Notes under the pieces: model-generated | Told to the model about the DNA's origin: nothing | Seen by the model: only the letters and a program-made list of their open reading frames with translations | Databases searched by the model: none | Position numbers and translations under genes: made by a program | DNA from: a virus | Virus record (IMG/VR): IMGVR_UViG_3300020477_001012 | Location: 32,001 to 96,000 of that record | DNA length: 64,000 nt | Reading direction: 5' to 3' (one strand) | Part shown: piece by piece, positions 24,611 through 34,077 of the stretch | Numbering within the stretch: position 1 is the stretch's first letter | Layout of the letters: each line of letters begins with the position of its first letter

Positions 24611-25640
24611 CCTAATGGCCCCGATTAACCAGCTAGGGTATGGCGTTGCTGGCCTTAATATACTAAAATCCCTACAGAAGCAATGTGAGGTGTCTCTGTT
24701 TCCCATTGGACAACCGCAAGTCACCAATCAGGCGGACGCAGATGCCGTGACGAAGGGGATAGAGGCTTCCAAGTTGTTTGATAGCCAAGCCCCATGCGTC
24801 AAGATCTGGCATCAAAACCAGATGGCAGAACGCATAGGGTCGGGCAAGTTCATTGGCTTTCCCATATTTGAGTTAGATACATTCACTGATTTAGAGAAAC
24901 ATCACCTTTCTGCGTGTGATGAGTGGATGGTGTGCTCTAACTGGGCTAGAGATATTATCCAGTCGTCAGTAAGTTTTAAGCCCACGCACGTCGTTCCCCT
25001 TGGTGTAGACGCAGAACTATTTTCCCCAGCACCAGTAAGAGAAGACGATAAAACAATCTTTTTTAATTGTGGTAAATGGGAGGTTCGCAAGGGGCACGAT
25101 ATTCTGATAGAGGCGTTCAAAAAGGTGTCCGACAACAACAAGAACATCGAGTTGTGGATGATGTGTACAAATCCATTTAACTCCCCAGAAGAAGAGGCTC
25201 AATGGCACCAACTATATAGTCATCCCCAAGTGAGAATTATTCCCAGAGCTGAGACACAGCAAGAAGTGTATAATATTATGAGTAAGGTGGACTGTGGAGT
25301 ATTTCCATCCAGAGGAGAGGGTTGGAACCTAGAACTTCTAGAGCTTATGTCCTGTGGAAAGCACGTAATCGCCACAAATTATTCCGCACATACTGAATTT
25401 TGCACTCAAGAAAACTCTTCATTAGTGTCGATAAGAGACGTAGAGCCAGCGTTTGACAATAAGTGGTTCTTTGGTCAGGGAAACTGGGCCAATCTTGATG
25501 ATACAGCTATCAATGAGCTGCAAGCGCAGATGGAGAAGTTTATACAAAACCACGACGGAGGATTAAACCTAGAAGGTATAGAAACAGCCAGACAGTTTAG
25601 CTGGGATAACACCGCCAATGGGATTTTAAGCAATGTTTAA
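24603..25640 (+). CDS. GT4 (GT-B) glycosyltransferase
   Basis: GKWEVRKG, PSRGEGWNL..LE.MSCG. Confidence 0.88.
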   Translation: MINLMAPINQLGYGVAGLNILKSLQKQCEVSLFPIGQPQVTNQADADAVTKGIEASKLFDSQAPCVKIWHQNQMAERIGSGKFIGFPIFELDTFTDLEKHHLSACDEWMVCSNWARDIIQSSVSFKPTHVVPLGVDAELFSPAPVREDDKTIFFNCGKWEVRKGHDILIEAFKKVSDNNKNIELWMMCTNPFNSPEEEAQWHQLYSHPQVRIIPRAETQQEVYNIMSKVDCGVFPSRGEGWNLELLELMSCGKHVIATNYSAHTEFCTQENSSLVSIRDVEPAFDNKWFFGQGNWANLDDTAINELQAQMEKFIQNHDGGLNLEGIETARQFSWDNTANGILSNV

Positions 25641-25989
25641 TTTTTTTAAAAATAAACAAGAAGAGAGAGTGGAGGGCGAGTCCTCCCTTACCTACTACAT
25701 CAAAGAAGACGGTGAGATATTTTGCGATATAAGTCTGGTTGACTATGAGGAAGACACAATAAAGAATTTTGCCAAACTTATAGTTGGGGTCTCATCCTTG
25801 AGGTTCCAAGTGCAAACCATAGAAATGGTTCAAAATGGCTTCATGGAGGAAGACAGGGCAGAAGAGTATGAAAAACTACTGAGATACGTAGTACTAATGA
25901 CCCAACAAGATACGTTAAGCTTGGAAGAAACACACAAAAGACAGAAATCGGAGGAAGAACCTTGCATTAAACCCTCAGATATGTTATAA
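25633..25989 (+). CDS. Hypothetical protein
   Basis: ORF in operon. Confidence 0.6.
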   Translation: MFNFFKNKQEERVEGESSLTYYIKEDGEIFCDISLVDYEEDTIKNFAKLIVGVSSLRFQVQTIEMVQNGFMEEDRAEEYEKLLRYVVLMTQQDTLSLEETHKRQKSEEEPCIKPSDML

Positions 25990-25999
25990 AGAGGTTCCA

Positions 26000-26446
26000 A
26001 TGAAACAGACACATAAGATAGGCTGGCAAAAGTACGAAGATGTACTAGAAACAAGACTTCAGTCCCCCCTAATGGGGCAGCTATACAGGTCTTTAGCCAA
26101 TGTGATTACACAAGATTCCGATTTAGATTTGCCAGAAGATATGGATACATTTGCTTTTGAAGAGGAGGGTGAGGCACCAGTAGATCCAATAATGATCAAT
26201 ATAGATCAACAGGAGTTAGCCAATGATATAACTCTAGTTTCTAATTTTGATTGTTGGCTCGGACATACAAACTTTAATCTGACTCACGAAATCAAAACCA
26301 TATTAAATACAATTGACGGAGTAGAGGTATTAAAGATTTGTAGTAGATACAGATTTTTTATAGGCGTAGGAAAAATGTTTGACTTCTCTGAGGTCAGGAA
26401 AAATATTGAAAAAGAACTTACTAATAAAGGAAAAAACATTGAGTGA
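26000..26446 (+). CDS. Hypothetical phage protein
   Basis: HTNFNL...DGVE...SRYRF. Confidence 0.65.
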   Translation: MKQTHKIGWQKYEDVLETRLQSPLMGQLYRSLANVITQDSDLDLPEDMDTFAFEEEGEAPVDPIMINIDQQELANDITLVSNFDCWLGHTNFNLTHEIKTILNTIDGVEVLKICSRYRFFIGVGKMFDFSEVRKNIEKELTNKGKNIE

Positions 26447-26936
26447 AACACAGGAAATTCATATGGAACAGATAGAACAACAGCTTAAGGACAAGGATAT
26501 CATGGGGGTCGTATCAAAGGCGGCTTCAACTTTTACTTCCACATTATCTCACGATGAGATACAGACTTGCATTTTAAATGCACTATGGAAAGCGACCACC
26601 AAATACAGGTTAGATGGCGGAACCAAGTTCACCACCTACCTATATAGAGGGGTTGTGATGGAGTGCTTAACTCAGCAAAAATTTAATCTTAACCATTATT
26701 CTCCACATTCTACTCATCACAATATACCTGACCGTAAAAACTCTTATGATCGCATAGATATACTGGATGAGATTAATACTAAATGCGAAGATCCTGATCT
26801 TGTGTATGACAGGTTCTACAAGAACATGACAATAAAAGAGTTAGCCAAGCAGCGGGGTGTTTGTGGGGAAACGATTAGGATTAAACTCAAAAAAAATCTA
26901 AAAAATCTTAGAAATTCTATGGTAGAAGGTGTATAA
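26439..26936 (+). CDS. Phage sigma70-family sigma factor (start approximate)
   Basis: Region 2 (ALWKA..KY...GTKFTTYLY) and region 4 HTH (MTIKELAKQRGVCGETIR). Confidence 0.75.
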   Translation: MSETQEIHMEQIEQQLKDKDIMGVVSKAASTFTSTLSHDEIQTCILNALWKATTKYRLDGGTKFTTYLYRGVVMECLTQQKFNLNHYSPHSTHHNIPDRKNSYDRIDILDEINTKCEDPDLVYDRFYKNMTIKELAKQRGVCGETIRIKLKKNLKNLRNSMVEGV

Positions 26937-27013
26937 TACTTCAGGAAAACAGGACTTACTGTAGGACATAGGGACCATACATTTTTACGTTTTTTTATTC
27001 GAGGAGATTTCCT

Positions 27014-27673
27014 ATGGCTACTGTACGTCCTTCTGGAGCTGGAGATGAGGCTGTTGGTGCTGGTGAGGTAGTGAATGGTGGCGCGATTGTCATGGCTGGC
27101 AACAAAGCCTCTGATAGCCCCGTTACTAAAGACATGGGTCTCAACACCCTTGCAGATGACCGTGGCGGTGTTATTGGTTCTATCGTTGTTACCAATGATG
27201 GTACCGGGGCTGCCACTACTGACCGCGCCGGTGTTGGCAAAGCGGTTTCCGGTGGCACACTTGCCTTTAATCCCAACGCTCTCGATAAACGAGATGATCG
27301 CTCTGAAACGTGGGTCATGCGAGGAGTGACAACTAAGTTGAGCGACGTTGCTAACACAGTCCTCTTAGGGGGCAATGTTGGCGATGGAACCTATGATAAT
27401 ATTCATGGCACCATTGCTGATAGAAAGCTTGGTTCTGACGATGATCGTGCGCACGACATATTGGCTGTGCCTAGCACTCAAATCGTTCCGGGTAGAACTA
27501 AAGGTACAGGCGCTGGCACCGCAAATACCATGGTTAATCCTGCCGATGGAAGTGCTGCTGTCGCGGACGAAATCTTCCCCAGCCGTTCAGTGCCGGGTGA
27601 GTTGACCTACCACTTTGGTGGCCTCGGTAGGCCCACCACAGATGAGTACAAGGCCAAAGATAGCAATGAGTAG
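27014..27673 (+). CDS. Gly/Thr/Asp-rich protein, possibly a virion structural protein
   Basis: GAGGAG RBS; own terminator; composition. Confidence 0.6.
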   Translation: MATVRPSGAGDEAVGAGEVVNGGAIVMAGNKASDSPVTKDMGLNTLADDRGGVIGSIVVTNDGTGAATTDRAGVGKAVSGGTLAFNPNALDKRDDRSETWVMRGVTTKLSDVANTVLLGGNVGDGTYDNIHGTIADRKLGSDDDRAHDILAVPSTQIVPGRTKGTGAGTANTMVNPADGSAAVADEIFPSRSVPGELTYHFGGLGRPTTDEYKAKDSNE

Positions 27674-27702
27674 GTTTCTTTAAGTAACTGTACCTTCTTT
27701 TA

Positions 27703-27736
27703 GCCCCCGCCCGCATCAGCGGGCCGGGGGTTTTTT
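27703..27736 (+). terminator. Intrinsic terminator
   Basis: gcccccgcccgc-atca-gcgggccggggg followed by T6. Confidence 0.85.
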
Positions 27737-27750
27737 AAAGGGGAGCAAGT

Positions 27751-28332
27751 ATGCAATGGCTTTCACACGACAACCTATTATTTTTGTTCACATTAATTAG
27801 CGGACTAACTGGATTCACCCTTTTCACTTGGAAGCGACTGGTTAAGCCCACCCAGCAGTTCATGGCAGATCAAGAGGATATTAAATCTTCCATAGAAACT
27901 ATCAGAAAAGAAGTGGTGACCAACGGCGGCCTGTCAATCAAGGATGTAGTGAATTCTTTAAAGGGGACGTGCGAAAGGATCGAGGATCGACAAAAGGTTC
28001 TGGATCAAAGATCAAAGGCATCTTTGCATTATCATGATCGGGCTTTATTTGAAACCAACATGAAAGGACATTTGACTTGGAGTAACGATAAATTTCAAAA
28101 GGCTATAGGTGAGAGCCTTCAAATCACGGAAGGTTATGATTGGGTTACTTTTATAGATGAGCCAGAGCGTGAAGCGTTCTTAAAGGAGTTCAGCTCTTGT
28201 TTATCAATGTCAAGAAGGTTGGATATGGAGACCACATCTATAAATGGAGAACCCATAAGATTGGTAGGATATCCATACAAAGTTACAGAAAACACTCACC
28301 TTGGGTTCTTAATTAATTTATCTTTTAACTAA
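27751..28332 (+). CDS. TM + coiled coil + PAS-domain protein
   Basis: N-terminal TM, NGGLSIKD.V, FET..KG..TW.N, GYDW..FI.EPER. Confidence 0.7.
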   Translation: MQWLSHDNLLFLFTLISGLTGFTLFTWKRLVKPTQQFMADQEDIKSSIETIRKEVVTNGGLSIKDVVNSLKGTCERIEDRQKVLDQRSKASLHYHDRALFETNMKGHLTWSNDKFQKAIGESLQITEGYDWVTFIDEPEREAFLKEFSSCLSMSRRLDMETTSINGEPIRLVGYPYKVTENTHLGFLINLSFN

Positions 28333-28349
28333 AGTGAAAGGGGTTTAAC

Positions 28350-28577
28350 ATGGATTCCAAAAGATTCTCGTTGAACATGGCTGACTTGTCCGTTCTCGGT
28401 AGAAATGCTTTGCTAGTTGGTAGCGCCGCTGCCCTTACTTACGTTGCTGGCAATTTGGGAGACTTGGACTTTGGTAATTTGGGTGCGCTGATTGTGCCCA
28501 TCGTTGCTGTTGCATTAGATTCGGCTATTAAATGGCTGAAGGACAACACCAACAAGCCTGTCGATCCACCTGCATAA
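28350..28577 (+). CDS. Two-TM small protein, holin-like
   Basis: 75 aa, two hydrophobic helices, charged tail. Confidence 0.5.
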   Translation: MDSKRFSLNMADLSVLGRNALLVGSAAALTYVAGNLGDLDFGNLGALIVPIVAVALDSAIKWLKDNTNKPVDPPA

Positions 28578-28587
28578 GGCGATAGAC

Positions 28588-29517
28588 ATGCAACCAGACT
28601 TCAGCACGCCAAGGCGTATCTGGCAACTGTATCGAGACGGATTTGTCGGAAGCGTTTGCGACGAAGAAGATGTAGCTAAGTTGCTCGGGGAACTAAAAAC
28701 CCCGCTGTTTGGCGCTGCTGCACATAGACTTTATGGTAGCGGAGAGCGTAAGCTCTCCCTACCATTTAAGTCCCTTCTTAAATTCGACCCCGGCTTTGGC
28801 CCATCTGAACGGCAAACTACAGGGGACTGTGTATCCCATTCTACCAGAAATGCCGTAGATATAACAAGGGCTGTTGAAATAGACATAAAGGGTGAAGCAG
28901 AGTCTTTTGAAGCTCGCGGAGCCACAGAGGCTATTTACCAGTCTAGAGGCCATAAGGGGCAAGGGATGTCGTGCTCTGTAGCAGCGCGATACGTCCATCA
29001 AAATGGTGGTATTCTACTCAGAAGAGACTATGGAGACATAGATCTATCCAAGTACAACTCATCGCTTGGTGCGAACCACAGAATACCGTCGTCGGTATAC
29101 ACAGCCGAAGCAAAAAAACATCAGGTTAAAACCATCTCGCTCATCACTACGGTAGATGAAGCTAGAGACGCATTAAACAACGGCTATGCCATATCTGTAT
29201 GCAGTGGATATGGGTTCTCCAGTAAGCGCGACAAAAACGGTATAGCAAAAAGGTCGAGCGGCTGGAGCCACGCGATGGCATGGATCGGTTGCGATGACAC
29301 AAGAGAAGTACATAGAGAGACCTTATTCTTAGTGCAAAACTCTTGGGGCAAATGGAACTCTGGACCTAAAAGGCATGACCAGCCAGATGGTAGCTTTTGG
29401 GTGAGAGAAAAAGACGCCCGGGCAATGCTTAGTGGAAAAGGCTCTTGGGTGTTTAGTGACGTGGATGGCTTCCCGGCTAGGGAGCTTCCCGATTACGGTA
29501 CATCCTCTTACCTATAG
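28588..29517 (+). CDS. Papain-like (C1) cysteine peptidase
   Basis: Q.TGDCVSH, WSHAM, QNSWG catalytic motifs. Confidence 0.85.
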   Translation: MQPDFSTPRRIWQLYRDGFVGSVCDEEDVAKLLGELKTPLFGAAAHRLYGSGERKLSLPFKSLLKFDPGFGPSERQTTGDCVSHSTRNAVDITRAVEIDIKGEAESFEARGATEAIYQSRGHKGQGMSCSVAARYVHQNGGILLRRDYGDIDLSKYNSSLGANHRIPSSVYTAEAKKHQVKTISLITTVDEARDALNNGYAISVCSGYGFSSKRDKNGIAKRSSGWSHAMAWIGCDDTREVHRETLFLVQNSWGKWNSGPKRHDQPDGSFWVREKDARAMLSGKGSWVFSDVDGFPARELPDYGTSSYL

Positions 29518-29555
29518 GAGAAATTACAATCTAATTGGTTTTTGGAGTAGAAACA

Positions 29556-29840
29556 ATGAGTGTTCCTTGGCAAGACGGTATAATAACTGAAGATGAATTT
29601 ATTATGATTCTCAAGACGCCAGAACTTAAAGAATGCTTTATGGATTTGGAAGAAGAGGATCAACATGAAATACTTAAAAGATCTGCTCCTAAAAAATCAA
29701 AAATAGCAAAGACACTTAACAAGCTAGCTAAGTATTTGAAATCGTCATGGTTTAGAAAGACGGCCTTAAGAAGGGCGGCGGCGTTCGGTCTTAACGAGGA
29801 CGAGGCGGATCACTTTGCGAGAATATGGAAAAACGAATGA
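29556..29840 (+). CDS. Hypothetical protein
   Basis: ATG after a GGAG RBS. Confidence 0.55.
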   Translation: MSVPWQDGIITEDEFIMILKTPELKECFMDLEEEDQHEILKRSAPKKSKIAKTLNKLAKYLKSSWFRKTALRRAAAFGLNEDEADHFARIWKNE

Positions 29841-29855
29841 GAGGGGGTGATTTGA

Positions 29856-30266
29856 ATGCCTGCAAACAAATTACTGGTTGCTATGGGGGTGCTGGCTATC
29901 GCCCTAACGGGAGCTATGTATATACCAGTTAGCACTCCAACAACAAATTACAGACCCTACATATCAACCACTTTAGCTAAGATTATATTACAAACAGATA
30001 ATACAGTACCAGATGATGTAAAGCCAGACGAGAAGGAGTTATGCGATGGGTCTGGCTGGATCACACACGGGGATGGCCACAAAACAGAATGCCCGGGGTG
30101 TAAAGCGTGTAAAAACAAAGTGAGACCAGAAAAGACTTGCAAGTGCAACACCAAGTCTACATATTGCGATTGTGTAAACCAGTACGGCAAGTGCAATTGT
30201 GAAGCTAGGACTGTGGGAAGTGTCAGGATGGGCTTTATCATGCGCCTCTTAAGTAGGCTTAAGTGA
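29856..30266 (+). CDS. Secreted/anchored Cys-rich protein
   Basis: Signal-like N-terminus; CDGSG...CPGC..C and many further Cys. Confidence 0.6.
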   Translation: MPANKLLVAMGVLAIALTGAMYIPVSTPTTNYRPYISTTLAKIILQTDNTVPDDVKPDEKELCDGSGWITHGDGHKTECPGCKACKNKVRPEKTCKCNTKSTYCDCVNQYGKCNCEARTVGSVRMGFIMRLLSRLK

Positions 30267-30361
30267 TGGCATGTTTAATGATATCATTACCGCAATATCA
30301 ATGATTTTGGGGTTTTTATGCTTTTCCTTCATTATGGCTGTGGGTATTCCCGTATCCATTT

Positions 30362-30790
30362 ATGTTTGTTATAAAAGACGCATTACGGAGCAAGAACAAA
30401 ATGATTAGAGCCACCGAGAGCAATTACCACCTACTGGACGACAACGTACAAGCTATCGCAGACAGCGTGTTAACCAAGGTGTCTGAAAAAAATGAGAACT
30501 TTTCGATAGATCCCATCACAATTATAGCAATAATCAATTGCATTATCGGGGTGATCAGACTATTATATGCATGCCGTTCTAAGCGCGGAGATGTGGCGTT
30601 ACAAGATCTACGTGACCCCAATATGTTTCAACGCTTCATAATAAAGAGACAGATTCGCAAGCACGTAGATAAGGAATACGAGGCAGACGTATATGACTCC
30701 ATGAGGGAGCATTCTCACCAGATGGATGAAACAGATGTATTGAACATAATTAATCTTTATGATTCAAAAGAGTTGTTTAAGGAGGCGTAA
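30362..30790 (+). CDS. Hypothetical protein
   Basis: ORF with central hydrophobic IDPITIIAII. Confidence 0.6.
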   Translation: MFVIKDALRSKNKMIRATESNYHLLDDNVQAIADSVLTKVSEKNENFSIDPITIIAIINCIIGVIRLLYACRSKRGDVALQDLRDPNMFQRFIIKRQIRKHVDKEYEADVYDSMREHSHQMDETDVLNIINLYDSKELFKEA

Positions 30791-31068
30791 TGGAGACTTA
30801 TCAAATAGTGTTAGTTGGTATTGCTGGGTTAATAGGGCTATCTATGGTGTGGCCTAAAATTACTAACGTGGTTAAGAATGTTAGTCACACACCCCAACCA
30901 GAAGAAGAGTTTATGCAAATTATTGCTGGCTGGAATTCCTTTAAGGGGCAATGCGAGGATGCGGGGTTAGATACCGTATGTGAAAAGCTGTGTGAGATAT
31001 TCCCATTGTTAATCAAGGCGGACGAGGTACACACCCCTCAAGACGATAAGGAACCTAACGATGAGTAA
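30790..31068 (+). CDS. Membrane-anchored hypothetical protein
   Basis: N-terminal TM; GGAGG RBS. Confidence 0.65.
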   Translation: METYQIVLVGIAGLIGLSMVWPKITNVVKNVSHTPQPEEEFMQIIAGWNSFKGQCEDAGLDTVCEKLCEIFPLLIKADEVHTPQDDKEPNDE

Positions 31069-31531
31069 TTCGGTAAAGCTTTTTCTTATTGCGGTTTTAC
31101 TGATAGGTGGGCTGTGGGGGGAGAACATACGGGAGCTTGTCAAAGATAATATAGATGTGATTGACGAATCCCACAAGACAACCATACCAGAACCATCCAC
31201 CGGATACAGGTCGTTAGTTCAACCTTTACGCGAGATGGAAATTGACAGCAGGGACGCTTCTCAGATTAGAGATTTCTTTTGGCAGCTATCTCAAATTGTA
31301 CAAAATGAGCCAAACATTATTAAAACGACTGGTCAGTTCAGGGAATTTAACAAAGTCTCAGGCGGGTTAAATTTTGCTGGGCTAGAGATGAAAAATAAAT
31401 ACCCAGACTTAGGAGAAGCTATAGATGATATTATCATGGACGCACTTGGCAAAGAGGATGTTCCACTAGACAGCAAGAAGAGGGAGGCATTATATAACGT
31501 ACTACACGCAATAGCATGGAGCATGCAATGA
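31061..31531 (+). CDS. Secreted/anchored hypothetical protein
   Basis: N-terminal hydrophobic segment. Confidence 0.65.
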   Translation: MSNSVKLFLIAVLLIGGLWGENIRELVKDNIDVIDESHKTTIPEPSTGYRSLVQPLREMEIDSRDASQIRDFFWQLSQIVQNEPNIIKTTGQFREFNKVSGGLNFAGLEMKNKYPDLGEAIDDIIMDALGKEDVPLDSKKREALYNVLHAIAWSMQ

Positions 31532-31728
31532 ACCAACGAGACGACAAGAAGTTCGGTGGATTATCTGACAAGATTATTGCTGGGATATTAGATGCGGTGG
31601 GTCTGGACCAATCACACATAGACAAAGCCCGAGATATACTAGATATGATTGAGACAACCGTGATTGAAGGCGAAGAGGTAATCATGGTGAGGATCGGCAG
31701 GAATATCGAGATAAAAATAAAAAAATGA
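31528..31728 (+). CDS. Hypothetical protein
   Basis: ATGA overlap with the upstream gene. Confidence 0.55.
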   Translation: MNQRDDKKFGGLSDKIIAGILDAVGLDQSHIDKARDILDMIETTVIEGEEVIMVRIGRNIEIKIKK

Positions 31729-31828
31729 TCGACAGCCCTCATTTCGCGCTTGCGTTTTGAGGGTTTTTGTTGTATAATCACCTGTACCACGATCACCGAA
31801 TGCACAAATTGAAACCAAAAGGGAAGAA

Positions 31829-34054
31829 ATGCAAGTTACAAAACGGAATGGAGACAAAGAAGATTACGATGTCGAGAAAATTCACAAAGTGGTGCAGTGG
31901 GCGACTCAAGAAATCAACGGGGTTTCTTTTTCAGATATAGAAATGAATGCCAACCTATCTGTTTATGATGGCATCTCTAGCTCTGAAATTCACCAGATAT
32001 TAATCAAGTCTGCCAATGACTTAATTTCTACAAACAATCCCAATTACCAGTATGTGGCAGCCAGACTGTTAAATATGCAGTTGCGTAAAGAGGTGTGGGG
32101 AAGCTCTGAACCTACGAATTTCGTTACGTTCGTGGAGAGAACAGTAGACAACGGCATCTATGATTCAGAGTTTTTAGACAGATGGTCTGAAGACGATTTA
32201 AAAGAGTTTAGTTCTTATATTAACCACGGTCGGGATGAACTTTTTACTTATGCTGGATTGCAGCAACTTATTGACAAGTACCTAGTTAAAAATAGAAGCA
32301 CGGGCAAGATCTATGAGACCCCTCAACTAGCGTACATGTCTATTGCCATGTGTCTGTTCGATACCGTCTCAGACGTAAAGCGGGCGTATGATGGCTATTC
32401 TACGTTTAAAATAAATCTTCCAACGCCTATAATGGCTGGAGTGAGAACCTGCATCAAGCAATTTGCATCATGCGTTCTGGTTGACATCGACGACGATCTC
32501 GACGGCATCTTTTCTTCTCTCCACGCTGTTGGTAAATATACAGCTAGACGTGCAGGCATTGGTATCAACATTGGCCGCATGCGTCCCATCAATTCCCCAA
32601 TTAGGGGCGGGGAAGTTATTCATACGGGCCTCATTCCCTACCTTAAGAATTTTGAGTCTGCCGTCAAATCCACTAGTCAAAACGGACTAAGGGGAGGCTC
32701 TGCCACAGTCCACGTTCCTTTTTGGCACTATGAGATTGAAGATGTCATGGTTCTCAAAAACAATGCGGGCACCGATGATAATAGGGTTCGCAAGCTGGAC
32801 TACTCAGTTCAGTTTTGTAAATTATTCTACGAAAGATTAATCAAGAATCAAGACGTGACCCTATTTAGCCCACACGAAGCAGAGGGTTTGTATGAAGCGT
32901 TCGGTAACAACAAATCCTTTGAGAAGCTGTACGAAAAATACGAGAATGCCAGATCTCTCAAGTTCAAGAAAAAGGTTCCTGCTCGAAAACTCGCAGAGAT
33001 TTTTGCAAGGGAGCGACTGGAGACTGGGCGTATATACTCCATGAATATTGACACAGCCAACGAAAACGGCTCGTGGGACGTACCTGTATATATGTCCAAC
33101 CTGTGCCAAGAGATCATTCACCCGACTGTACCCATTAAATCTATTGATGATCCAGATGGAGAAATTGGTATTTGTATCCTTTCAGCGTTGAACCTGCTGG
33201 AACTCAATAGCGAGAAAGATATAGCCGACTCTTGCCAGACCATTGTGAAGTCTTTGGAATCTGTCATAGATTACCAGTCTTACCCAGTCCTTGCTGGAGA
33301 AAACTTTACCAAAAATCGCAGATCTTTAGGTGTGGGGGTAACAAATCTAGCTGGATTCTTGGCGAAAAACAAGCTCGGATATGGCGATCAAGAAGCGTTG
33401 GAGTTGGTTCACGAAACCATGGAGCAAATCCAATGGAACCTCCTTAATGCTTCTTGCAGCTTGGCAGAAGAAAAAGGCCCATGCGCAAAGTTTGGTGACA
33501 CAAAATATTCCAAGGGGCTTCTGCCGATAGACTGGTACAAGAAAGAGGTGGACGAATTAGTCAAACCCAAGTACAACATGGACTGGGAAGGTCTGCGCAA
33601 AAGAATAAAAAAATTCGGATTGCGCCACTCCACAATGTCGGCTGTGATGCCCTGTGAGTCCTCTAGTGTCATCCAGAACAGCACTAATGGTATTGAGCCA
33701 GTCAGAAGCCTACTTTCATATAAAAAGGCTAAGAATGGGGTTCTAAAGCAATTAGTCCCGAACTACCATATGAGAAAAAATTATTATACTTTGGCTTGGG
33801 AAATCACCGACAATAAGGATATAATGAATATGGCAGCAGTGATTCAGAAGTTTGTAGATATGAGTATGAGCACAAACTTATACTACAATTATGATCACTA
33901 CGAGAATGGAAATATTCCACTAAGCCAATTAATTAAAGATCAGGTTTATGGATACAAATACGGACTCAAGAACTTTTATTACGCCAACACCCCAGATGGA
34001 GATGGCGACCTTGAGAAGGAAATGAATTGTGAATCGGGAGCATGTGCTATATAG
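31829..34054 (+). CDS. nrdA: Class Ia ribonucleotide reductase alpha subunit
   Basis: ATP cone VTKRNG, PTPIMAG, FASC, SNLCQEI, C-terminal CESGAC. Confidence 0.97.
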   Translation: MQVTKRNGDKEDYDVEKIHKVVQWATQEINGVSFSDIEMNANLSVYDGISSSEIHQILIKSANDLISTNNPNYQYVAARLLNMQLRKEVWGSSEPTNFVTFVERTVDNGIYDSEFLDRWSEDDLKEFSSYINHGRDELFTYAGLQQLIDKYLVKNRSTGKIYETPQLAYMSIAMCLFDTVSDVKRAYDGYSTFKINLPTPIMAGVRTCIKQFASCVLVDIDDDLDGIFSSLHAVGKYTARRAGIGINIGRMRPINSPIRGGEVIHTGLIPYLKNFESAVKSTSQNGLRGGSATVHVPFWHYEIEDVMVLKNNAGTDDNRVRKLDYSVQFCKLFYERLIKNQDVTLFSPHEAEGLYEAFGNNKSFEKLYEKYENARSLKFKKKVPARKLAEIFARERLETGRIYSMNIDTANENGSWDVPVYMSNLCQEIIHPTVPIKSIDDPDGEIGICILSALNLLELNSEKDIADSCQTIVKSLESVIDYQSYPVLAGENFTKNRRSLGVGVTNLAGFLAKNKLGYGDQEALELVHETMEQIQWNLLNASCSLAEEKGPCAKFGDTKYSKGLLPIDWYKKEVDELVKPKYNMDWEGLRKRIKKFGLRHSTMSAVMPCESSSVIQNSTNGIEPVRSLLSYKKAKNGVLKQLVPNYHMRKNYYTLAWEITDNKDIMNMAAVIQKFVDMSMSTNLYYNYDHYENGNIPLSQLIKDQVYGYKYGLKNFYYANTPDGDGDLEKEMNCESGACAI

Positions 34055-34077
34055 CACAGGTTAAATAGGAGAGCAAT

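Noticed and set aside
24741-24751. 11-nt match gatgccgtgac to the unit 9 variable segment inside the GT4 gene
   Set aside because: About one such match is expected by chance for nine 14-mers over both strands of 64 kb.
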